Source: Octopus vulgaris
Lineage: Eukaryota
Length of the DNA stretch: 64,000 nt
Assembly: GCA_951406725.2 (NCBI GenBank)
Contig: OX597832.1
Coordinates: 3,782,001 to 3,846,000 of the forward strand
Direction of reading: 5' to 3'
The translations under genes and the position numbers were made by a program. The notes under the pieces are model-generated. The model did no database searches. It was not told where the DNA came from and saw nothing but the letters and a program-made list of their open reading frames with translations. Of the stretch, positions 11,756 to 23,289 are shown one piece after another; position 1 is the stretch's first letter; each line of letters begins with the position of its first letter.

Positions 11756-13130
11756 AAAAATATCACATGCAGAACCAATTTTTATTAATATTTCCTGCAA
11801 TATAGAAGGCGGCTCACTGAAAATTAATCATTTGGAACATGTTCAGCTGTACATAAAACTCAAACATTCTTGCCGTGGGGAGCTTCAAATATGTCTTATC
11901 TCACCTTCTGGTACAAAATCTCAAATGCTTTCTCCAAGAAAACTTGATTGTTCCAAAGATGGCATTGATTTTTATTTCCTTAGTGTTCACCATTGGGAGG
12001 AAGATCCAGAAGGCAATTGGACACTACAAATCTTTGATACACAGAACAATGAAAATAATGGCATTTTGATTAAATGGGCTTTAATTCTTCATGGTTATAT
12101 GAAAGAGAGGAAATTAAATACTTCTTCTACAAAGGAACTTGCACCTGAAGAAGTGAAAATAATTATCAAAAAGGAAAATTTAATTTCAATGTCACTAAAA
12201 CTGTCTTCTCCAAAATTAGAGGTGAAACATAATCCAAGACCAATACAAAAAATTGATAATCTCAGACGTTTTGTCAATGATAGGTTTGGTTCTCTATTAG
12301 TTCCTCAATTACAAAGGAATCTTAGAAATCCATATGTAAGTCCAAAATCAAATAATTTGATCAAATATCCTTTAAAAACCAACAATATTGATTCTGCAAG
12401 AAAGTGGTATTTCCGGTCAAAATTCACTGGATCTAAACTAGCTGGTGGAAGCAATGCAAAAATTAAAAAGAATTCACTTCATCATAGACCTGCGCACTTA
12501 CGTAGTTTTGATAATATGACCAAAATTTATCCAAGTTGTAATGTCAAACTACATAGCCTGGGAAGGAACAAAGAATGCATACATATAAATAAGAACATTT
12601 CCAATAAACTCAGCAAACTTCTAATTATATTGACTGATTCTAAGATCCATTCAAAAGCAAAACTTTCACATTTGACAAACAATAACCGTTCAAATATTTC
12701 TGTTAAAAACCTTGAAAAATTTACAAATTCAAGTAGAAAAAATCATACATCACTAAATTACTCAGTAAAATATAAATTAACGGGTCGATTTATTGCTGAA
12801 AGGATGTTCCATCCAGCTGCAGTGCAAAGTAAACCTAATGCTATAGTCATACAGTCAGAATCGACTGAGCAAAATCTGCTGGGAAATATTATTAAGAAAT
12901 TAGAGCAACTGATACCTACTGAGGATGATAAACATCTATTTGTTTCAAAATCTTCCACTTTAGGGAAGAATTTAAAAGTGCTTACTGTGGAAGACACTAA
13001 AGTTCCATACTCTAATACAAAAGTTAAAAAAAATGATCTCATGAATGAGTTCCCCATAAAAAAGGAACCAGTATTTGAAGGGGAATTAAAAATACTTCAA
13101 ATCAAACAAAACGACACATTGGAATTATAA
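11756..13130 (+). CDS. Proprotein convertase terminal exon: P domain plus about 340-aa basic C-terminal tail
   Basis: Acceptor ttttcctttcAG, in frame with the previous exon; LEHVQL, RGELQICLISPSGTKS, FLSVHHWEEDPEGNWTLQI and WALILHG are P-domain motifs; stop TAA at 13128-13130. Confidence 0.92.
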
Positions 13131-13158
13131 GCTTTCGTATGATAAAAGTTGAAACGGA

Positions 13159-13164
13159 AATAAA
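13159..13164 (+). terminator. Candidate polyadenylation signal of the convertase gene
   Basis: AATAAA about 30 nt after the stop codon; usage unverified. Confidence 0.4.
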
Positions 13165-13378
13165 TTCTTTTATGAAATACCTACATCTTATTAATATATT
13201 TGAATCATTTGCAGTGTAGCCACATTGCAAAGATGTTTCTAGACCACTAAGTACTAAATTATATATATATATATGCGTCCGTCAGGTCTTATATGCCCTA
13301 ATATTAGACTATTATCTTTAGCCAATACGCGGTCAATGCTAATAAGCTTAAAGTTATAGTTATTATTATTTACAGAAT

Positions 13379-13417
<39 letters not shown>

Positions 13418-13599
13418 AGGAAAATATACACGCACACACACGGTGTGCCTCTGGTGGGGAACACATCAAAATGGAGAGGTTTCCTTCTCAAACAAATTCG
13501 AAGATCCTGTATCCTTTATTTTTAACTCAAACATTTAAAAATCATTTTTATAATCCTTTAATTCTTGTAATACAAAATAAGAGGAAGATACATATGTGT

Positions 13600-13635
13600 G
13601 TGTATGTGCGCGCGTGCGCGCGCGCGCGTGTGTGT

Positions 13636-13675
<40 letters not shown>

Positions 13676-13822
13676 AGGCTTCTTTCATTTTCCGTCTATC
13701 AAATCCACTCACAAGGGTTTGGTTGGCTCAGAGGTTATAATAGAAGGCACTTGCAGAAGGTACCACGCAGTGGGACTGAATCTGGAACCATGTGGTTGGG
13801 AAGTAAACTTATTACCACATGT
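13600..13822 (-). mobile_element. SINE family A, head half
   Basis: Matches the tRNA-like head of other copies (ccacgcagtgggactgaa...accatgtggttgg). Confidence 0.7.
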
Positions 13823-13911
13823 CCATGAAGTTCAGATTTAGGAGTAGCTCTATAATGTAAAAATTATCTGGAATGAAAAGGTTATCGATGTCACATACTT
13901 AATGCATAAGC

Positions 13912-14237
13912 GTTGTTAAACGCTTTATGGCGGCAGTATCTCGTCCAGAGAAATCCTTTTAAAGACTGGGATTGTTAAAAAAAAAATCACTCAATATACT
14001 TAAATGCAAGACACAACGAACGAGGTGAACGAGAACAAGGATATCGATATTTCATTGACATTTCAATTCATCAGTGTTCATTCATCACTGAAGAGCTGAA
14101 ATAGCAGTGATATATCGATAGCCGGCGTCCGCGTTCACCTCTGGGGTGATTCGTTTAACTTGTCCTTAAAGTATATTGTGTATTTTTTTAACTATGTCTT
14201 TAAAGACTTTCTCTGCAGTCAAACACCATTTAACAAC
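13912..14237. repeat. Degenerate fold-back element with two back-to-back hammerhead-like motifs
   Basis: Imperfect inverted arms; - strand 14033-14079 reads CTGATGA-ATTGA(aatg)TCAAT-GAAA-TATCGATA-TC; + strand 14088-14125 is a decayed mirror copy. Confidence 0.6.
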
Positions 14238-14322
14238 ACATGCTATATAAATATGTATGTATGTATGTATAAAGCAAATATGTAAAAGGAGAGAAAAAGA
14301 ATATATATATAGGGATTAACAG

Positions 14323-14357
<35 letters not shown>

Positions 14358-15044
14358 ACGGCAAAGATTGTTGTAGTTTTTAGTCAAGATTCACTACATA
14401 TGTATGTGTGAGAGAGAAAGAGAGTGAGTGAGAGATGGGGAGAGAGCGGGGGAGAGAGTGTGAGTGAGATATACATGACTTTCATTGTCTATTATTACCA
14501 CTATTGTATTCTTTGACTCATATCCTTGAGTACAAATATATAGTCGGAAGTATGTCTGGCAATTTCAGCCCGTGTTTTGACTAGCTCTTCAATTTCGAAT
14601 ATACAACGGATAGTGCCATAACTTTTTCCCGACAATTGAATATATTTCTCGCTATATGTCCTGGAATATTTTTTGCTCTAGTTACGGGAGCATTTAATTC
14701 ACTTTATTGTTTTCGTAAGTAGAGGCGAAACTGCTGTTGAGGTGGTATTTGAGCATTGTTATTGAAAAGCAACTCCCATATTCTGGGTGGTGGTGATGGT
14801 AGTGGTGATGGTGGTGGTAGTAGTTTCCAATTTTTTTTCCTTTTAAACTTTTTTGCTGCAAGGCGAGTGATAAAACAGCCGATCAACCCCTTATGGTTCT
14901 GGTCAACTGAGAGGCAAGGTAGAACAATAAAATAAAAAAATAAAACACTCCTAAAAGGAAAACAAGACACAAACTCATGGAACTTCCAAAACAAATTCAG
15001 CTTTAACGATAAATAACAGCAATAACGGTTTCAAAAGTTGAGAT

Positions 15045-15320
15045 AAGTTTAGGAGTTAGGTTTGGGTTAAGGCTTAGAATCTAGGTTAGAGATTAGAGTT
15101 TTAAACTAGGTTCAGCGTTCAGGTTTAGTTGAGCTTAGAGCAAATGTTTCGGCATTAGAGTTGAATTTCAGGTTGGATTTTGTGGTTAGAAGTTAAAACT
15201 AAAGGTTTTGATTAGGATTATGGTTGGTTGTAGAGTTAGGGATTAGGACTAGGGTTGAGTTTAGGTTTACGGGTTAGATTTACAGTTAGTTTTAAGTGTT
15301 CGAGATTAAAAGATAGGATA
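15045..15320 (+). repeat. Degenerate (TTAGGG)n-like hexamer array
   Basis: Many 6-bp units such as ttaggg, ttagag, ttaggt, ttagga. Confidence 0.75.
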
Positions 15321-15573
15321 GTCACAATCGGAAAAATTGCTGTAGCGAAATTTTTCTGTGAATACTCATATTTTTAGCATATGTACAAACAACGAAGTGA
15401 ATTGGACTTTCTATTTCTATTTTGGAAAACTTCCACTTCCGAAGATAAAGTGCAAGATTGCACTTCCACAAAATATTTTCAAAATTTCAATTCCTTTTAC
15501 TTTTTGTTCCACGCCTCTCCATTTCAAATAATACAACCGGCCATAAGTTTTTCATTGATGATTTTGAAATGTG

Positions 15574-15647
<74 letters not shown>

Positions 15648-15892
15648 TAGAGAGAGAGAGTGTGTGTATGTGTGTGTGTGCATGTGCGTGTGTGCGCGCA
15701 TGTAACGAGGGTTGCTTGCAATTTAAAAATCAAAACCATATAACTGAAGTAGGACAAGTACAGCATATATGCAGTCTCTTTCCAGCTGTCTCTCATAAAA
15801 AGGAAAGATGTCTATTAAAATCGGATGTTGTTTGCATTCAGTTATACACCATAGGCACGTATTGCATGCCTTGTATTCGTAGAGGAAATTGA

Positions 15893-15941
<49 letters not shown>

Positions 15942-15997
15942 GTGTGTGTTTCATACATATACGCATTTTCGTGTGACAGATATATATCTATAAAGAC

Positions 15998-16028
<31 letters not shown>

Positions 16029-16031
16029 AAC

Positions 16032-16064
<33 letters not shown>

Positions 16065-16769
16065 AACACACACACACAAACACACACACACATGTGTACA
16101 CACAGATGACATACACACGTGGAGACACATGCACACATTAATTGGCATTGAAGTGAATGACATCAGCATTTGGGAAATGCATCTTTCGTGTGATAAATAC
16201 CATTTGCTAGAACGTTTGCTATTGATACAAGCCTGGTAAAAAGTTGATTAACCGATCCTTGCGAAGAGGCATTTCTCAACGGAAGATCATAGCAGTAATT
16301 GAGCAATGAAAATCAACATAAACCCAACATGTGCTTTTACTATCATATTTGCACACACCATAGTTAGACAAGGGACAGGGGTCAACTACCGCAGGTCAAG
16401 GGGCTACGGAGAGCAATTTCAGTGGACCTTTGAATTGAATCAAGACCTATACTAATTCTATAAAATGGCTGGTGAAGGTCATTCGAATGTCCATATGAAA
16501 ATGTTGTTGAGTACCACGACTATTGGCAGTTCAGTACCAAGCGACTCCAACAAGCAACCTTAGATGAAAAATAAATGTGATACTATCTCTACCAGCCTCA
16601 AAATCGCACATTAACTAAAAGTCAAGACAAGTCAAATGGTACTTTTTCTGGGAAGATCGTAGACTGCACAGATCTTGACCATTGCTATAACAAGAATAAT
16701 ACTTAAGTAAATATGCAGCCATTATACGAATGAGTGGTAATAAATTATGAATTAACAGTCATAGTGATT

Positions 16770-16992
16770 TTGCTTCTAAGTTTGGCACAATGTCAGCAAT
16801 TTTGAAGGGAGGAGGAAATCGATTACATTGACACCCCCCCCCCGTGCTCAGCTGGTATTTATTTTATCGACTTCAAAAGGATGTAAGGCCAAATCTACTT
16901 CAGCAATATTTAAAACTCAGAACGTAAAGAACCGGAAGAAATGCCGCTAGCATTTTGTTCGACGCGCTAATGATTCTGTCTTCTCACCGCTT
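16770..16992 (-). mobile_element. SINE family B
   Basis: Reverse complement of the family B body and head. Confidence 0.7.
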
Positions 16993-16999
16993 GTAGACA

Positions 17000-19100
17000 G
17001 TCGCAATGACTGTAGAAAACAAACAACTCAAAGCACAATTAACAGCAAAATTCATTCAAAATTTCACCTCTACGTGAATAAATAACTACAACTAAACTGA
17101 GGATATAAACTAATGCACCAAGTAGCTAAGAGACAACTAGCAGAAAACGAGGATTTCAACTTTTGGATATTGTATGCTCTACTGTACAGTGATGCAGTTA
17201 CCATTCGCCAATGTAGGAACAAAAAAGGTCAGTCATAACCAAACCAAGAAAACACAACCAAAATAGATTACGTCTATCCAGACAAATACCGACAAATTCA
17301 GAGAAAATTTTGGACAATAAGACACTATCATTAAGTCAATCACCATCAGCTGTGACTTTAAGATAAATTATTTAGGGTCTATGGGAGTTGTGAACAAGAG
17401 ATATTAACGAACAAACTAATTGCTCTTAAACACAAACTGCGAATGTAAGTAAAAAGGGTAGTTTGCACTAAACCCTCAAACGATTTATTACAGTATCAGA
17501 GGCCACTCCATGAAGATCGTAGATGGTCCTCAAGATGATCTAAAGTCATTTTGAGGAGCGATCTGGAATGTAAACAAACAACAAATCACGATGCAATGTG
17601 CTTAGATGATTTACGGTGCGAATGTCTCTCCAAAAATTTATATCAACAGCGAAGTTTATCACCTATCCTGACAGTTGTTGTATAACTGTATCATTCTATG
17701 CCCGATGGCAGAGAAAACTCACGAGCTATAGGACAGCCCTCGTTAACCTGCTCAGAAGAACAATGAACGCTAAGCTTGATTGACCAAACTGGATGGCAGT
17801 TCTACGCTCAACACTTGTAGCTAAAAAACATAGGCATGACATGTATCTAAACACTGTAAGTTCATAGCGTTCTGGAATGTGATGTAAAAGTTATACACAA
17901 GTTCTGCATCGTGTCACTTACACAACACCTTCTGGACAGTAAAGAGAAAAATGAGTTTATCTTGTGTGTACTCGACTGTGAAAATGATATCATGAAATTA
18001 GGCGAAGAACTCCCGAGCAGGTATTCTGTGTGCACAGCTGCTCTCTGAGAACCAAAGGTGACTTAATTAAACAAACTTGTGGGATAAATATTCGTCATGT
18101 ATGTAGAAAACTTTATATGGGTACGTATTCTTCAAGTTAGAGAATGCCAATAACACTGATAGAAATAGCATCCTGTCCTGAACCTGCAGTAAAGATATCA
18201 TATATTTCCTAGAATGCCATGCTATTCAGGAACAAATAATAACTATTAAATAGAAAATCGAGACAAGAGATATATGGAGACCTCTAGACCTCTACTTTTT
18301 TTTTTTTTTTACAAAATGTTGATTGTGCTACATCAGTGTGGAGGATATCACCCATATCTGTAAATATCCAAAAATGTACACAAGATATTACTTTCCCATA
18401 AACATGATATTGTCGATAAAACTGTCTGCAAGAAATATTGTCCTGACGGGTTATACCAAAGGCACTTCAGAACTAGAATATACTTACACTTTTAGAAATG
18501 AAGAATATTGATGAAACATTCCAATAGAAGCAGTAATTAAGTGTAAGCGCAATAGGACAGCTACTGTATGGGAGAGGAAACAAAAATCATGCAGTGTTGT
18601 TGAGATCAGTTGCTCGGTGAATGTAAATGTCTCGTCAAAAGTCGGGAAAAAGAGAACATCTATGAAGAACTTACGAGAAACCTACAGTTCTTACATCCAT
18701 GCTATAGATTTTCGTTTGTACTTATTATCAAAGATGCACTGGACTATGTGGCAAAAGATCTGCGTAAAAGTTTAGAAAAGCGGATATAACGTACCATCAA
18801 AAGTTCGGGAAAAAGTGAGCATTTATGGTGAATTAATGCGGAACTTCCAAGTCTTGTATCCTGGTTATAAATTTTCACTTCTACCCATCATCATAGGCGC
18901 ATTAGGCTATGTATCTACAGAACTGTACAAAAATCTAGAAATTCTGGGTTTTCATAAGAAAAAGCAAAATAAACTGACACGTGTCTTCTAAATCCAATCT
19001 ATTAGCGGCACGGCACGGTGAAAATTGGCAAAATATTCAATTGAATTCATGCACACAGTTGTGTGTATCGCTAAAGGGGTGCACAAGACGGCCCTGCCCA
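17000..19100 (+). pseudogene. Heavily decayed R4/Dong-like LINE (RT thumb to REL endonuclease region)
   Basis: Fragments ...DKYLG-like, HICKYPKMYTRYYFP, VVEISC and PIIIGALGYV; many stops and frameshifts. Confidence 0.6.
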
Positions 19101-19381
19101 CTAAATATTCAATGGTTCTCCCTCATATTTACAGTGATACACTTGTTTCAAAACTTCATTTCAACATTATTACAAATTATTTACCCCACCTCCACCTGAT
19201 TATTCTGAAATGTCACGTTTGTAAACGACTGGCTTGGACTCCATTAAGATTTATTTAATAAATCTCAAAGGAAAACACACACGCAACATACATTTTGTTC
19301 GATGTATATGTGTGTGCGTGCTCGTGCCCATTTTTGGTTGTAATACATGCGTCTACATATACATATATACATAAACATACA

Positions 19382-19503
<122 letters not shown>

Positions 19504-19519
19504 TACAAAACACTGCCGT

Positions 19520-19771
19520 ATGTATAACCGAAACATTACCACCCCTTCATTCCACAAGCAATCACAAACTCCCGAAGTAACTCAAAGCGCTCGTACGCAA
19601 ACCACCGCAACTCGCCCTCTTATAAACATCATTCCAAATTTCATTCAAATCTCACCCAGCAATCTTAGATAAAGAAAGGACAATACACTTCTGTATAGGC
19701 TAAAAGACCAAATTTCCTATATAAAGTACATAACTAGTGAACAACCGCCTGGAGAGCGGTGTTTCTGCTAG
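19520..19771 (+). mobile_element. Helitron-like 3' end
   Basis: Hairpin ACCGCCTGGAGAGCGGT followed by CTAG|T at 19768-19772; 5' boundary unclear. Confidence 0.55.
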
Positions 19772-19802
19772 TAAAGATAATGGAGATAAGAAGTAGTTAC
19801 AT

Positions 19803-19852
<50 letters not shown>

Positions 19853-20020
19853 TGTGACAGTGATAAGGGCATAACACAAAAAACAAGAAAGGGTTTATTA
19901 ATAACCAAGAAAAGTTTATCTAGGCTATGAAATAGAGGAAGTTTGCAATAAAGTATTCAAACGTCAAAATTCACTTAAATATAAAGATTAAAAAAAGAAA
20001 AACAGGAATGGTAAAATAAC

Positions 20021-20068
<48 letters not shown>

Positions 20069-20165
20069 GTCTATCTGTCTGTCTATCTGTCTATCTATCT
20101 ATCCATCCATCCATCCATCTATCTATCTATCTATCTATCTACCTACCTACCTACCTATCTATCTA

Positions 20166-20229
<64 letters not shown>

Positions 20230-20301
20230 CCTACCTACCTACCTACCTATCTATCTATCTATCTATCTATCTGTCTATCTGTCTATCTATCTATCTATCT
20301 A

Positions 20302-20383
<82 letters not shown>

Positions 20384-20444
20384 CATCCATCCATCCATCC
20401 ATCCATCCATCCATCCATCCATCCATCCATCCATCCATCCATCC

Positions 20445-20492
<48 letters not shown>

Positions 20493-20530
20493 GTGTCTGC
20501 TTGTCTCTGTCTGTCTCTGTCTGTCTGACT
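20021..20530. repeat. Compound tetranucleotide microsatellite (TCTA/TCTG/TCCA/CCTA)n
   Basis: Directly visible, about 500 bp. Confidence 0.97.
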
Positions 20531-20616
20531 TTTGTCTGCGAGTATCTTCATATGCACATCCACATATGCAAACACACACATATATACTCATGTGTGTGTG
20601 TGTGTGTGTGTGTGTA

Positions 20617-22060
20617 CAAAGCTGGGCGCAAGTCCGTTAATCCGTTAATCGTTAATTAACGAAGTTAAAATTTTCGTTAACGATTTAACTTTTAATTTAA
20701 CTACGAAAATCATTATTGGACTAATTAACTTCCGTTACATTTAATTTCCTTTAACTCAAGTCCGTTAACCCAAGACTCGTCTACTGCAGCCCCTTGGTTG
20801 ACGCAGTTTTGGCCCCCCTAGTCGACGCAGTCTTGGCCCCTTGGTCGACGTAGTTTTGGTAGTCATCGACAAAAGATTTGCAAACCTCCTGGACAATGAG
20901 GAATGCAAACTGGCTGCTGCCTTCCACCCCAGGTTTCACCTCATCTGGTTGGATAGGTATGATAACAACAAGTTCACCAAGGTGAGTAGAAGTATGGAGG
21001 ATAAGGTCGAGGAGGCCATGAGGCAGCAGTCTGAGGAAGTGAGCAGCAACAGTGGAGGTAGCAACAGCGAAGAAGTGGGGGATAATTTCTTCAGTGGTGT
21101 CACCCAACAAAAAGAGAGCGGAAGCCACAGGTCACCGAAGGACAACTCCCAGAATTTGGTAAAGACCTGGTTGGGGACCAACTCCAAAGATCTACTGACA
21201 GATGCTGCCTTCTTGAGTGAACAAGTGTTGGAGGAGTTGTTCATCAAGTTCAACGCAGCCATCCCTTCTAGTGCTGAAATTGAACGTTTATTTTCCATGG
21301 GCAAGGACATATTGAGTGCCAAGGGATCGTCCTTGTCTGATGGAAATTTCATTATGTTAATTTTCATGAAGGGCAACATGAATCTCATCAACAAAATGGA
21401 GAAGAGGAAAAATTAAGTTATGTATATATTGTTTTTTATTTTTTATTTTTTATTTTTTTACGGCCACTTCATCAATAAACTTTTTTTTAGTTTAATACTA
21501 ATATTGTGTTTCATTTGAGTTTTTTTTATTACCCCTTTCTGACTCTAAAAGCCTTTAAAAACCTAAAAAAAGGGCCCATAACTATGAAACCAGGCTTTTT
21601 TAGGCCCTTTGAAATTTAACACTATTAAGTCAGCATTTTTTAAACTCTAAGCAAAAGAAAAAAAAAAAAACTATAGTTTTGGATTGTAAAGCCCTCCTTC
21701 CTAATCAAACAGATAAGATGCATTAAGAATTTCAATTTTAGTGTTTATTCATAATGTTATTACTTTTACACCTGTTAATTAAATTTATCTGCCCATAAAA
21801 GCCAAGTTTACTCAGCAAGATTAGCTAAAATTACATAATTATAAACCAATGGTATATAATGCACCCACTGACAAAATTTCAAATTTGTATGTAAAAATTT
21901 ACAAAGTTACAGGCAAATATTGTGGATACCCCTCTTGAACCTGAATAATTCAAAATAACGGGAACAAATAAGCATTACATTTGACAGATTAATATGAACA
22001 CTAAAGATGGTTTTAGGTTTTATATATATATATATGTGTGTGTGTGTGTATTACACACAT

Positions 22061-22117
<57 letters not shown>

Positions 22118-22167
22118 GAGGTGGGCACCGTTAATTGAAAAGTTAACTTTGTTAATCGTTAATCCGT
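20617..22167 (+). mobile_element. Internally deleted hAT DNA transposon
   Basis: End CAAAGCTGGGC with subterminal CCGTTAA repeats; a related end CAGAGGTGGGC at 22116 lies in the same orientation; retains the transposase C-terminus. Confidence 0.7.
20841..21416 (+). pseudogene. hAT transposase C-terminal fragment (dimerisation domain)
   Basis: AAAFHPRF and LFIKFNAAIPSSAEIERLFSMGKDILSAKGSSLSD match the hAT-C motif; N-terminal two thirds missing; no ATG start. Confidence 0.85.
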
Positions 22168-22334
22168 CTCTCTTTATTTCTCTCCTTGTTTTTTTTTCTG
22201 TGTATCTTTGTCGAAGAGCGTAGGCTCGAAAAGTAAAAGACTTTTTCTATTTCTATTCCTGAGCGCTATACTAAAACATTTGTTTGTTTGTACTCCACCT
22301 GCCTTCGTCTTTTGTTTATTTTCGTAAACTTCCC

Positions 22335-22340
<6 letters not shown>
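22168..22340 (+). mobile_element. Penelope-like terminal repeat fragment with a variant minimal hammerhead motif
   Basis: 22205-22240: TCTTT-gtcgaa-GAGC(gtag)GCTC-GAAA-ag-TA-AAAGA; T-rich tail ending in (TA)n. Confidence 0.5.
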
Positions 22341-22384
<44 letters not shown>

Positions 22385-22721
22385 CTCAGAGATTTATTAT
22401 TGCTTATTTCCACTTTTTCGAGATCAGTGACTTTTCGTCACTGGAAAAAGTATATACATTTGCATTGAGAATCACTTTCCATCGCCAACCGGTGATTGTC
22501 ACACGCTGATGACGGATCAATGCCCTACAACTCGGGTCCGTGTGTATCACGTCAGGCTGGAGAATGATGACTTCCCTTTGCAAATACTGATTGGGCACAG
22601 ATAGTGTGTCAATAGCCAGTTGGAGAAGATATCTTCATGGAGCTACAAGCTATAGTAGCATCGACCTTTAAGGGTTAGTCACATTAGGTGGCAAATATAC
22701 TTCACGATATATATATATATA

Positions 22722-22994
22722 TCACCGTGATCACCGTGACCGACCACAATGCGCATTGTTTTAGCCTTCAAATGACGCCACCCCGCAGGCTAAGCGAGCA
22801 GGCCAACAGATGAAAGAGTGAGAGAAAGTTGTGGCGAAAGAGTACAGCAGGGCTCGCCACCACCCCCTGCCGGAGCCTCGTGGAGCTTTAGGTGTTTTCG
22901 CTCAATAAACACTCACAACGCCCGGTCTTGGAATCGAAACCGCGATCCTACGACCGCGAGTCCGCTGCCCTAACCACTGAGCCATTGCGCCTCC
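22722..22994 (-). mobile_element. tRNA-derived SINE, family C
   Basis: - strand head ggaggcgcaatggctcagtggttagggcagcggactcgcgg...gtttcgattcc (A and B boxes); related copies at 31940-32176 and 46857-47050. Confidence 0.8.
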
Positions 22995-23005
22995 ACACAC
23001 ACACG

Positions 23006-23042
<37 letters not shown>

Positions 23043-23189
23043 TAACATTTTATTAACTGACATAGGCCTGTTAGCATGACCATTAGAATGCCATTGTTGA
23101 TTAAGTAAACTCTTCGTTTTTAGAAAAGAATGACCACGCAATAAATAATGTGTTCCCATGCAATTACTATTTATGAATTTTATATATTA

Positions 23190-23246
23190 CCAGCATAGGC
23201 ACCCGGTGTTGCCCGGGAATGAAAATTTTCCTTACATATTGGAAGC

Positions 23247-23289
<43 letters not shown>

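Noticed and set aside
12758-13057. Antisense ORFs overlapping the convertase, hAT and Helitron coding regions
   Set aside because: Shadow frames of real coding sequence with no independent motifs
13113-13130. C-terminal DTLEL as a KDEL-type ER retention signal
   Set aside because: TLEL does not fit the [KRHQSA][DENQ]EL consensus
20789-20860. CRISPR-like repeats
   Set aside because: Tandem units without spacers, eukaryotic context, no cas genes
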